Source: Archaeoglobus fulgidus DSM 4304 (GTDB lineage Archaea; Halobacteriota; Archaeoglobi; Archaeoglobales; Archaeoglobaceae). From it: 32,000 nucleotides of DNA. The position numbers and the translations under genes are program-made. Positions 8,582-18,775 of this stretch are shown piece after piece. Position 1 is the first letter of the stretch. Each line of letters opens with the position of its first letter. The stretch lies in NCBI RefSeq assembly GCF_000008665.1, contig NC_000917.1, positions 2,130,001-2,162,000 of the forward strand, given 5' to 3'. The notes beneath the pieces were generated by a model. It searched no databases. It saw nothing but the letters and a program-made list of their open reading frames with translations, and was not told the origin of the DNA.

Positions 8582-10978
8582 ATGGTGCTTGAATTCGGAA
8601 AGGGAGCTTTTGTTGTAGACGACCTAAGGAACGTCACCATAAAAATAGGAGAAATAGCAGAAGAGGAAGAAGAATGGGCTCCAATGGGTCCAACGCCAAT
8701 GCCGGGCATCGCAACCCTTCGCGATTGGGACTTCTTCCTGCTGAAGCGCTACAAGCCCTTCTACGCCCCCGCTTGCGACATGTGCTGCCTCTGTACGATG
8801 GGGAAGTGTGACCTGACGGGGAACAAGAGGGGAGCGTGCGGTATCGATTTGGCTGCTCAAACGGGTAGAATTGTGACCATTGCCTGCTCCATTGGTGTTT
8901 CCGCCCATACTGGCCACGCAAGGCACATGCTCCACGACATTGAGCACATGACGGGCAAGAAGCTTAGCGAGATTCCGGTTGACCTCGGCCCCGAAATTGA
9001 TGAAGTTGCACCGCTCACAGAGCTCATTACGGGAATAAAGCCAAAGACGCTTGAGGATTTGGAAAGGGCTCTGAGGTATGCTGAGGAGCAGATTGTGCAG
9101 GTTGTTGATGCAGTCCACACAGGTCAGGAGGGTAGCTACCTCGATTACGAGAGCAAGGCTCTCCACCTCGGTATGCTCGACTCTCTTGGAAAGGAGATTG
9201 CAGATATAGCCCAGATTTGCGCCTTTGGCTATCCGAAGGGTGAGGACAACCAGCCCCTCATCGAGGTCGGAATGGGTGTAATGGACAGAAGCAAGGCCAT
9301 GATTCTCGTCATCGGTCACCACGCGCCACCTGTGCTGAACATTGCAGACTACATTGAGGAAAATGGACTTGAGGATGAGGTTGACCTCGGCGGTATCTGC
9401 TGCACGGCAAACGACATGACCAGATACTACCAGAAGGCAAAGATTGTCTCGGCATTGGGTAGGCAGCTTAAGGTAATCAGGGCTGGACTGGCTGACGTAA
9501 TAGTTATCGATGAGCAGTGCATAAGGGCGGACATCCTCTACCACACTAAGAAGCTCGGCATCCCGGTAATCTGCACAAACGAGAAGGCGATGCACGCTCT
9601 GCCCGACATGACGAAGGAAGAGCCAAAGAACATCATCAAGTACCTGCTCGATGGCAATCCGGGATGTGTCATCCTCGACCCGCTGAAGGTTGGAGAAGTT
9701 GCGGTTGAGGTTGCGAGGGCGAGGAGGAAGCAGAGAGGAGACGATATTGGGCCGAGACTCACAGAGGAGCAGTTCATGGAGTATGCAAGGGCATGCACGC
9801 AGTGCGGAAACTGTACAATTGCCTGCCCGCAGGGAATCAGAATCGGCGAGGCGATGGAGGCTGCTGAAAACGGAGACAGGAGCAAGCTGGAGAAGGAGTG
9901 GGATGTTTGCATTGCATGCGGAAGGTGTGAACAGGTCTGTCCAAAGGGCATTCCGATCATCGACATGTACAACTACGCAGCATGGAATCTCATCGTGAAC
10001 GAGAAAGGTAAGTTGAGAAGGGGTAGAGGTCCTATAAGGGATTCAGAAATTAGGAATGTTGGTGCTCCGATCGTTCTGGGAACGATTCCGGGAATAATCG
10101 CTGTCATAGGATGTGGAAACTACCCGAACGGAACAAGGGATGCTTACACCATAATGGATGAGTTTGCATCAAGAAACTACATTGTGGTTACAACGGGCTG
10201 TATGGCCTTTGATGCTGCACTCTACAAGGATGAGGAAGGACAGACAGTCTATGAGAAATACCACGACAGGTTCGATGGCGGTGGAGTCGTGCAGATCGGT
10301 AGCTGTGTCGCTAACGCCCACATTCACGGAGCTGCAATCAAGGTTGCGAGAATCTTTGCCAAGAGAAACATCAGGGCCAACTACGAGGAGATTGCAGACT
10401 ACATCCTGAACAGAGTTGGTGCGTGCGGTGTTGCCTGGGGAGCTTACAGCCAGAAAGCTGCATCAATCGCTACAGGCTTCAACAGGCTCGGAATCCCTGC
10501 AGTTGTAGGCCCGCACGGCAGCAAGTACAGAAGAGCTTTCCTTGGCAGACCATATAACGATGAAGACTGGATGGTTTACGATGCAAGGACTGGAGAAAAG
10601 GTCAGAATTGAGCCAGCCCCGCAGGATTTGCTTGTTGCCGCTGAAACCATTGAGGAGGCAATCCCGCTGATGGCAAAGCTCTGCTTCAGGCCGAACGACA
10701 CAACTCAGGGAAGGTCCATCAAGCTGACGCACTACATCGACCTCAGTCTGAAGTACCTCAAGCGCATGCCAGATGACTGGCACCTCTTTGTCAGAACTGA
10801 GGCAGACTTACCACTAGCCAAGAAGGAAGAACTGCTGAAGGAGCTTGAGGACAAGCACGGCTGGAAGATTGACTGGCAGAAGAAGAAGATTGTCGAGGGG
10901 CCAATCAGGGGCTACCATGCTGGCTTCAACCCGACGAACCTTGAGAGATGCCTCAGAGATGGATTCATGACGGTGTGA
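8582..10978 (+). CDS. cdhA: CO dehydrogenase/acetyl-CoA synthase complex, alpha subunit
   Basis: 798 aa; [54 protein letters not shown] and GCVAWG-type C-cluster region ([14 protein letters not shown]). Confidence 0.97.
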
Positions 10979-10988
10979 GGTGGTGAAA

Positions 10989-11516
10989 ATGGCCAAGGCT
11001 TTGGAACAGCCCTTTGATGTGGCCAACATTCCTGGGCCAAAGATGGCAACTCTGCTTGAGAAGGGGAAGCCGGTTGCAAACATGATAAAGAAGGCAAAGA
11101 GGCCACTGCTCATCGTTGGTCCAGATATGACCGATGAGATGTTTGAGAGAGTAAAGAAATTCGTTGAGAAAGATATCACAGTTGTGGCAACGGGAAGTGC
11201 CATCACGAGGTTCATTGATGCTGGTTTGGGCGAGAAGGTGAACTACGCGGTCCTTCACGAGCTGACGCAGTTCCTGCTCGACCCGGACTGGAAGGGATTT
11301 GACGGGCAGGGCAACTACGACCTCGTGCTCATGCTGGGCAGCATCTACTACCACGGCTCCCAGATGCTTGCAGCGATAAAGAACTTCGCCCCGCACATCA
11401 GAGCTCTCGCTATAGACCGCTACTACCACCCCAATGCTGACATGAGCTTTGGAAACCTCTGGAAGAAGGAAGAGGACTACCTGAAGCTGCTGGACGAAAT
11501 TCTGGCAGAGCTTTAA
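10989..11516 (+). CDS. cdhB: CO dehydrogenase/acetyl-CoA synthase complex, epsilon subunit
   Basis: Immediately downstream of cdhA; [28 protein letters not shown]...[42 protein letters not shown]. Confidence 0.93.
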
Positions 11517-11585
11517 TTTTACTTTTTCTATTTTATCGTCGGTTAAAAAAGTGCAACCTTCTATTTCTTGACATTTAAATAAAAA

Positions 11586-11721
11586 TGGGGCCGGTGGGAT
11601 TTGAACCCACGACTGGCGGGTCTCTTCGGGTCAGAGCTCCAACGGGTCATCACCGCTCAGCAGACCCGTCAATCATCACGCCGCTGGAGCCCGCCGCGCT
11701 TCCTGGCTACGCCACGACCCC
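11586..11721 (-). tRNA. tRNA-Trp (anticodon CCA) with a 62-nt intron at 37/38; CCA tail not encoded
   Basis: Acceptor GGGGUCG/CGGCCCC, D stem GCGU/GCGC, anticodon stem GCGGG/CCCGC with loop CU-CCA-G/A, T arm GUGGG-UUCAAAU-CCCAC, discriminator A followed by UUUU. Confidence 0.96.
11622..11683 (-). ncRNA. C/D box guide RNA forming the tRNA-Trp intron
   Basis: Intron CGGC-GUGAUGA(C)-UUGACGGGUCUG-CUGA(D')-GCG-GUGAUGA(C')-CCCGUUGGAGCU-CUGA(D)-CCCGAAGAG. The nucleotide 5 upstream of D pairs with C34; the one 5 upstream of D' pairs with C39. Confidence 0.94.
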
Positions 11722-11794
11722 TCGTTAAATGCTTCGCAGATAGGATATTAAATTTTTTGGGATAAGTTCTTTCACCGCAGCCCCAACTACTGAT

Positions 11795-12469
11795 GTGAGG
11801 CTCACGGATGTGAACAGCATAAAGGAGGCTTTGCTCGAAGGGAAGGTTGTCAGAATCTATCATTCGGGAGAAAGAAACCCAAAGATATCCGAAATTCTTG
11901 AGATTGCTAGGAAAAAAGGAGTGCCCATTTACAGGAAGGACGGTGAGAGATTTTCCGCCGAAGTATCTCCAATAAAGTACGCGGACTTTGAATTCATCGT
12001 AAAAAAGGCCTTAACAGGCGGCTCCTTCATTCTCTTCCTCGACAATGTCGTTGATCAGAGGAACATAGGTGCGTGCATAAGGACTGCAGAGTTCTTCGGT
12101 GCTGCAGGAGTTGTTCTGCCGAAGAGAAGGGTTGGCAGCATTCAGGAGGGGGCTGTAAAGGCTTCAGCTGGGGCTGTTTTCCACATCCCCATTGCGAGAG
12201 TGGAGAATTTCGCCTCAGCAATAAAAAAGCTGAAGAAGCTCGGCTTCACGACCTTGGCTGCAGACCTCGATGGAGAGGATCTTGAAGCGGTCTCGCTCCT
12301 TCTTCCGGCAGCAGTGGTCATAGGAGGGGAGGATAGGGGCGTCTCAAGGCCTGTGAAGAAGCAGTGCGATTTCGTGGTGAAAATTCCGGGTGTTGGGAAG
12401 GTTAACAGCCTCAATCTGAGCGTGGCTGCGGGCATATTCCTTTACACCCTCAGCCGACAGAAATATTAA
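11795..12469 (+). CDS. TrmH/SpoU family RNA 2'-O-ribose methyltransferase
   Basis: 224 aa; LDNVVDQRNIGACIRTAEFFGAAGVVLPKRR, VIGGEDRGVSR, VKIPGVGKVNSLNLSVAAGIFLY. Confidence 0.95.
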   Translation: MRLTDVNSIKEALLEGKVVRIYHSGERNPKISEILEIARKKGVPIYRKDGERFSAEVSPIKYADFEFIVKKALTGGSFILFLDNVVDQRNIGACIRTAEFFGAAGVVLPKRRVGSIQEGAVKASAGAVFHIPIARVENFASAIKKLKKLGFTTLAADLDGEDLEAVSLLLPAAVVIGGEDRGVSRPVKKQCDFVVKIPGVGKVNSLNLSVAAGIFLYTLSRQKY

Positions 12470-12491
12470 TACCCTTGCCAAATACTGTCCA

Positions 12492-15002
12492 ATGCTGAAA
12501 AAAATTGCAGGATTAGCCCTAATCATAATTTCAGTTTCACTGCTGTCGAGCTTCATCTCATCACTCGATTTCAGCAAAACCGGTTTTGAGGGGCTAATCG
12601 GCAAAGGGGATTTCGGAGGCGGGAATTCTGCGGGAGTGCAGTATCCTCAGTACTCAACCACCCAGGGGGAAGTTTTCGGAGGTGAAGGTAGCGGAGGGGG
12701 CTTTGCAAGTCTTAGCGACAGCTCAAGCACGTTCAACCCTCCCAACGTTCCGCTCTTCTTTGTGGAGGGGCTGAATCCCGAAACAAACTACCTCAGGCTG
12801 TACACCGCGACTAGGTACGAGAACGGGAAGTGGGTTGAAGATAAAGGAGATTGCAGCCAGGAATCGATACCAATAGCAAGGAAATTCAAGCTCACGCCCA
12901 TCGTCGAACTGAACCGCTACCTTCCCGTCTCAAAAGACACGAAAGGGATACTCCCGGTCGGTGAGAACATAGAAAGGTGCTACAACGCCGCAACCGGAAC
13001 CTTCAGGATTAACGCTACCAGGTCTCCTTATTACGGCTTCACGACTGCAAAGAGCTTTAAGCCAACAAGCTTTATGGGAACTGCAAGCTACCCCGATCCC
13101 GAAATACGCGCTCTGGCGGAGAAAATTACCGCCAACGCCACATCCGACCTCGAGAAGGTAAAGGCCATAGAGAGCTATCTCAAAAACAACTACATAAACA
13201 CGTACGTCGAGAGAACCGACGTTAAAGAGTTTCTTTTCAAAACGAAAAGGGGCACTGCAAGAGAATTTGCCACCGCCTTTGTGCTCCTCGCCCAGTCGAT
13301 AGGAATTCCCGCAAGGGCAGTATTCGGCTATCTTGCAGACCCTGTCGAGACCAATCAGACCATTTTCGCCAGCGATGCCTACGTCTGGGCGGAGGTGAGG
13401 TTCAAGGAAGGCTGGATGGAGTTCGACCCCGCTCCCGAGGGGAGGGGGATTAACACTACAACCGCCATAACATACATTGACTCGAAGCTCGTGGCGGGGG
13501 AGAACTTTACCGTCAGAGGTTACGTTGAGGACGAATTCGGCAATGATGTTTCGGGATACGTTGAGATTTTCCTCAAAAAGGACAAAAAGAGCAGAGAGGG
13601 AATCCTTGCCGGAGTTGTGCCCGTTAAAAACGGCAAGTTTGAGGCCGTGCTAAAGGTGCCGGAGGTAACGGGGAGGTACAGCGTTCAGGCTCACTTCACG
13701 GGCACGCTCTACCACATGGAATCGTGGAGCGACCCGGAGGTTGAAATTTACTACCGTCCGACCTTCAACGTAACTCTGCCCAGCAGAGTTCCAGAATGGT
13801 TCACTCTTTCGGGAAAACTTGAATCATCGCCTCCATTCAGCGGGCAGATACACCTCTGCGTTGATGGTAGCTGCAGAAAGATTGAAGTCGTTAACGGTAA
13901 TTTCAGAGAAGAGCTCTCATTGGCAAAGGGGAAGCACGAGATTGCGCTGATTTTCAAAGGAATGGGGTATCTTCTTCCTGCGGAGTTCAGGAAGGAAGTT
14001 GAAGCTGGAGAGGTGAGCGTTGCGATAAATGAGGCCGTTGGGGAAGGAGAGGATGTTACAGGGGTGGTTTACTTCAATGGCCAGCCGGTAAACGCAACGG
14101 TAAGGATAGGAAACGTTACGGTTAAAGCTGTAAACGGCAACTTCTCTGCTAAATTGCCCCTTAATCTCGGAAAGAACGAGCTGAAAGTAGAGATTCCGGA
14201 TTTGCTATACTCGGAAACGAAAATCGTTTACATGAAGGAACCTGTAGAAATAAAGGCTCAGAAGGTTGACGGAAAGCTGAGAGTCATCGTTCTCGATAAA
14301 GATGGAAATCCAGCCGATGGATTCGTCGAGGTTGACGGTGTGAAGAAGGAGCTCTTGAACGGCATGGCCGAGTTTGAGGTTGAGAATCCAAAGCTCATAG
14401 TTTACTCAGGCAGCGAGAGGTACTTCCCGGCCATAAAGGAATTCTCGTCTGTCACACCTTTTATTCTCATTCCCGTTGCGGTCGCTGCCATCAGCGTTGG
14501 TGCACTCCTCGCTTACCGCATGCTCTTCAGAGTTGAGAAAATAGATTTTTTCGTTGAGAAGGAGCATCCTGAGCTTCCTAACATCTGGGATGTTGGGGAA
14601 ACCGTGAAGATCAGGCTGAGCGAGCCGGCGTTTGTCAGATACGACGGCTTCGAGGAGTTCACGGACACCATAACGCTTACACCCGAAAAGTACGGGACGG
14701 TGAGGGTTCAGGCTTTCAGGGAGGACGGCAGGAAGAGGAAGAGGGGTGAGATTGAGATTAAAGTGGCTCCCTACTCGAATGGAATTGCTGAAATCGTCAG
14801 AAAGATTGATGAAATCGGCAGAAAAAGGCTGGGCAGGGTTGAGAGCATGACTGCGAGGGAGGTTATGGAGAAGCTCGGCGTAAGGGCTGAAGTCCTGCTG
14901 AACTACTTTGAGAGGGGCGTTTACGGTGGGGAAGAGTACACGAGAAGGGATTTTCTTGAGGCTTTTTACGACTACTTGAGGGTGGTTGGCGATGAGGCTT
15001 AA
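12492..15002 (+). CDS. Secreted/membrane-anchored transglutaminase-like domain protein with Ig-like/TTHL-like repeats and C-terminal TM helix
   Basis: Signal/TM segment at N terminus, transglutaminase-like core ([12 protein letters not shown]...[25 protein letters not shown]...[19 protein letters not shown]), beta-rich repeats, TM near residues 660-680, and a cytoplasmic tail. Confidence 0.82.
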
Positions 15003-16038
15003 CAAGCTTATTTCCGGTCTCGGTTTAGCATTTGCAATTTACTTCTTCCTGCTGAATCAGGAGAGGTTATTCGGAGAAGTTTTCGTGGTTGCAGACGAAA
15101 TGCAGAGAGCTGCTCTGCTGACTTTAATAGTTGCTTACTCAGCCCTCGCTTCAGTTGAGAGGCTAAATCCTTTCAGACTGGTTTTAGTCCCTTTCATCCT
15201 GATTGTTTCCTCAGACATTACCTTTAACTCCCTGCTTTCTCACGGATACCCGCAGTACTTCGTCGTTTACCAGAGCGTGAGAGGGTATATAGCAATCTTC
15301 TCCGGGTCGTTCGCCTTCTCTTACATCAGATTTACCGACAAGCCCCTCTACCAGTCTTTAATCTCCGCAACATCTCTTGGTATTGCTGGTTTGTCCTCCT
15401 ACTACCTTTTCTCGTACCTTTCCGAGGTTTTTGGGCTGCCGTCTCTCGCCCTCCCCTCTCTCGCCCTCTTCCTGATTCTTGCCGTTACGGCACTCTCAAC
15501 AGCCTTTGAAGGTGAGGTTTTCCAGTGGATAAGGTCGGAGAGGACTTTTCTCATGCTGGTTCTCTTCATCCTCACTTTTTACACCCTCGCAATCAAGCCT
15601 CAGCTCTCTGAAAGACCGGGGATTGCTGACTTCATCGAGTGGTCGATAGTTGCTCTGACCTTCATCAAGATTTCAAGGGACTTCAGAAGGAGTGTTGAGG
15701 TCGACGAAAGGGAGTTCATAGCCTCCCACGTTCCTAAGGAAAGGGTATTCAGGGACAGGCTTTACTCCGAGCTGGAATTCGGTGAGAAAGCTTTCGTGGA
15801 AGGGGGATCAAAAGTTCCTCTCACAATTGCCCTTGTTAGAGCGCTCTCGAACGTTGAGGCTCCAAAGCTTGCGGCCATACTCGCTCCTCTGATTAGCTAC
15901 GAGGATGAGAAGCTTCCCGCCCTCTCATTCCCCTGGGAGAGGAGGATAATCGAGAGCAGAAACAGAAGGAGAAGGGAGAAGGTTGTAGAGAGAATCAGAG
16001 CGGAGGTCATGAGGGAGGTAAAAGATTTTAACCGCTGA
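14992..16038 (+). CDS. Hypothetical polytopic membrane protein
   Basis: Overlaps the previous gene by 11 nt; multiple TM helices followed by a charged C-terminal domain. Confidence 0.72.
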
Positions 16039-16052
16039 TTTCTACTTTTCAG

Positions 16053-17606
16053 GTGTTTGAGCTTGCCAAAGAGATTGCCGAGAATGCAAGAAGCAAGGAG
16101 GAAGTTCTCAGGATAAAGAGGTTATTCGCCAGAAGGCACGGCCTCTCCACCATACCGTCGGACGCCGAGATACTCAGGGCTGCGAAAGGGACGGAGCTCT
16201 ACGGAAAATTGAGGGAGATTCTGAGAGTTAAGCCCGTCAGAACCATCAGCGGTGTTGCTGTGGTGGCTGTAATGACGTCTCCAGCACCCTGTCCCCACGG
16301 CAAGTGCCTTCCGTGCCCCGGTGGTGTGGAGAAGAACACACCGCAGAGCTACGTCGGCCTTGAGCCTGCGGCGATGAGGGGGAGGCAGCACGGCTACGAT
16401 GCATTTAAGCAGGTCACTGCAAGACTTAGGGAGCTTGAGAGCATAGGCCACGACGTTAGCAAGGTTGAGATAATCGTGATGGGCGGAACCTTTCCCGCGA
16501 GAGACGCTGATTACAAGGAAAAATTCATGCTGGGTATTTTCAACGCTCTCAACAGCTTTAACAGCAACACCAAACCCGAAAATGACCTGGAAAGGGCGAA
16601 GAGGAAGAATGAGAGGGCCAAGGCGAGGTGCGTTGGGATAACATTCGAGACCCGGCCGGATTATGCGAGAGAGGAGCACATAAGGGAGATGCTGAGGTTC
16701 GGCGGTACAAAGGTTGAGCTGGGCGTTCAGAGCCTTTACGATGACGTGCTGGAGAGAATAAAGAGGGGACACGGGGTTAAGGAAGTTGCGGAGGCAACGA
16801 GACTGCTCAGGGACTCAGCCTTTAAGGTCGGCTACCACATCATGCCCGGACTTCCGGGGTCGAGCTTTGAAAGAGACCTGAGAATGTTCAGAGAGCTTTT
16901 CGAGAACGATAGCTTCAAGCCGGATTACCTCAAAATTTACCCTACTCTTGTCGTTGAGGGGACGGAGCTTTACGAGATGTGGAAGAGAGGGGAGTATGAG
17001 CCATACACAACTGAAGAGGTGGTGGAGCTAATCGTAATGGCAAAGCGTCGCTTTCCCGAGTGGGTGAGGGTTCAGAGGATTCAGCGCGACATTCCCGTTA
17101 AGGCGGCAATAGGCTTGGACAAGGGCAACATCAGGCAGCTTGTCCACAGAAGGCTGAAGGAGATGGGATACAGCTGCAGGTGCATTCGCTGCAGGGAGGT
17201 TGGACACAAAGGGGTGAGGCCCGAGGAGTACTCCAAAGCCGAGCTTGTTGTAAGAGAGTACGTTGCATCCGAAGGTAGGGAGTTCTTCATATCCTTCGAA
17301 ATACCCGAGTACGATGCGCTTGTCGGCTTTGTGAGGCTGAGGTTTCCCAAAGAGCCTTTTATCGAGGTGTTGAGAGATGCTGCTCTAATTAGGGAGCTTC
17401 ACGTTTACGGCAGGGCTGTGCCGATTGGGCAGAGCAGCGACGCCTTCCAGCACAGGGGGTTTGGTGAGAGGCTGCTGAAAGAGGCTGAGGAGATTGCGAA
17501 GGAAGAATACGACAGAATTGCGGTAATCAGCGGTGTGGGTGTGAGGGATTACTACAGAAAACTTGGCTACAGGCTCAGACAAGGATACATGGTCAAGAAA
17601 CTGTAG
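16053..17606 (+). CDS. elp3: Elp3-family tRNA uridine-34 carboxymethyl-type modification enzyme (radical SAM + GNAT)
   Basis: 517 aa; SPAPCPHGKCLPCPGGVEKNTPQSY, GGTFPARD, FETRPDY, and C-terminal GNAT region FQHRGFGERLLKEAEEIAKEEY. Probable GTG start. Confidence 0.96.
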   Translation: MFELAKEIAENARSKEEVLRIKRLFARRHGLSTIPSDAEILRAAKGTELYGKLREILRVKPVRTISGVAVVAVMTSPAPCPHGKCLPCPGGVEKNTPQSYVGLEPAAMRGRQHGYDAFKQVTARLRELESIGHDVSKVEIIVMGGTFPARDADYKEKFMLGIFNALNSFNSNTKPENDLERAKRKNERAKARCVGITFETRPDYAREEHIREMLRFGGTKVELGVQSLYDDVLERIKRGHGVKEVAEATRLLRDSAFKVGYHIMPGLPGSSFERDLRMFRELFENDSFKPDYLKIYPTLVVEGTELYEMWKRGEYEPYTTEEVVELIVMAKRRFPEWVRVQRIQRDIPVKAAIGLDKGNIRQLVHRRLKEMGYSCRCIRCREVGHKGVRPEEYSKAELVVREYVASEGREFFISFEIPEYDALVGFVRLRFPKEPFIEVLRDAALIRELHVYGRAVPIGQSSDAFQHRGFGERLLKEAEEIAKEEYDRIAVISGVGVRDYYRKLGYRLRQGYMVKKL

Positions 17607-17625
17607 CTATTCGAGAAGTGTCACC

Positions 17626-17844
17626 TCACTTCGGCTCTCTCCTCCCCGAAACGAAGTCCTTCGCGGCGACAACAATTGGACAGTAAGGAGGGCAGTTCTT
17701 GGAAACATGAATCCTGCAGAAAAGCCTTCTTGAACAGTCAACTACTCTATAGCTGAGAGTTTCGGGATACACTATCATTAGAGCTCTTGTCCTTTTTCCG
17801 GTGACGGCGAGCTTTACGGTTTTCGGTTCCATCGGCTGAAGCAT
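17626..17844 (-). CDS. Small hypothetical Cys-containing protein (72 aa)
   Basis: Isolated ORF in an otherwise empty gap, RLFCRIHVSKNCPPYCPIVV; ATG start; no family recognised. Confidence 0.35.
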   Translation of the reverse strand: MLQPMEPKTVKLAVTGKRTRALMIVYPETLSYRVVDCSRRLFCRIHVSKNCPPYCPIVVAAKDFVSGRREPK

Positions 17845-18065
17845 TGCAAAAAGTAAGTGGAGGCAAATATAGGCTTTTTTTACAAATCAGTGATTTAATC
17901 ATTGTAATTACGTCGGCCGTATTTCGTTTTTGCAAGAAAATCACATGCCAGCTTAATTATTAATTAAAACGCTTTTGCGAACTTTTTTATTAAGTAAACT
18001 TTGTTAGGTATGGTTATTTCTATTTCGCAATTACAGGCTCTACCAAAACCTTTTTAATTAGGTAT

Positions 18066-18077
18066 TGGTAATTACCA
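18066..18077. promoter_or_regulatory. 12-bp perfect palindrome TGGTAATTACCA upstream of the winged-helix gene
   Basis: Seen directly; 31 bp upstream of the predicted start at 18108. Confidence 0.45.
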
Positions 18078-18107
18078 TTACAATAATAATGTACGCGAGG
18101 TGGTCTC

Positions 18108-18398
18108 GTGATAGACGTCGATACACTCTTTGGAAGAAAGCCGGATGGGGAAAGCCAGAAAATTTTGAAAGTTATTTCCCGCAGTGGGATGAGTAACATC
18201 CTTTTCAGCCTTGAAAAGGCTCCCCTCCGGTTTTCTCAGCTGATGTTTGAGACGAAGCTGAATCCGGGAATTTTGGACAGGCACTTAAAGGCTCTGATGC
18301 AGCTGAACATTGTTGAGAAGAACAGCGATTCGTACGAGCTTACACCGAGCGGAAAGCGGCTCGTGAAAATTCTTGAGCAACTCTTTTCAATTGTGTAG
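18108..18398 (+). CDS. Small winged-helix DNA-binding protein (HxlR/ArsR-like)
   Basis: 96 aa; GMSNILFSLEKAPLRFSQLMFETKLNPGILDRHLKALMQLNIVEKNSDSYELTPSGKRLVKIL. Confidence 0.78.
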   Translation: MIDVDTLFGRKPDGESQKILKVISRSGMSNILFSLEKAPLRFSQLMFETKLNPGILDRHLKALMQLNIVEKNSDSYELTPSGKRLVKILEQLFSIV

Positions 18399-18496
18399 TT
18401 GTGAGATGATAAATTATTATACTTTTTTTTAAAATTTAAGGTTTCTCCAATCCTTCTGCATCGATAAGTTTAAGTAGTGTGGGGAGAACAGAATCT

Positions 18497-18775
18497 ATGT
18501 CTGGCCAGTTTGGCAAAGAAGAACTCGTCCATTTGCATTTGCTTCTTTTCCACGTGAAAAAAACTTTTGAGTGCTACGGTATCGAGAACGAATACTTCAA
18601 CGAATACGACAGATTGAACATCTCCCCTGTGCAGATTTTCAGACAGAAAAACGAACATCAGGAGGCCATTTTCAAGCTCTGCATGGGGATAATGAAGGCC
18701 ATGGGAAAGGAAAGGGAAGCCGAGGAGCTCTGCAAGAGCTTGAAGAGGCTGGCAATGGTGAGAGCGACGTATTAA
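18497..18775 (+). CDS. UPF0058-family archaeal protein
   Basis: MSGQFGKEELVHLHLLLFHVKKTFECYG...AIFKLCMGIMKAMGKE resembles the UPF0058 pattern. Confidence 0.7.
   Translation: MSGQFGKEELVHLHLLLFHVKKTFECYGIENEYFNEYDRLNISPVQIFRQKNEHQEAIFKLCMGIMKAMGKEREAEELCKSLKRLAMVRATY

Noticed and set aside
8624-9595. 323-aa ORF on the minus strand antisense to cdhA
   Set aside because: Lies wholly inside a convincing cdhA gene; low-complexity translated sequence with no family features. It is a shadow of codon bias.
16122-16772. 216-aa minus-strand ORF opposite elp3
   Set aside because: Elp3 frame has clear radical SAM motifs here; the antisense ORF has none.
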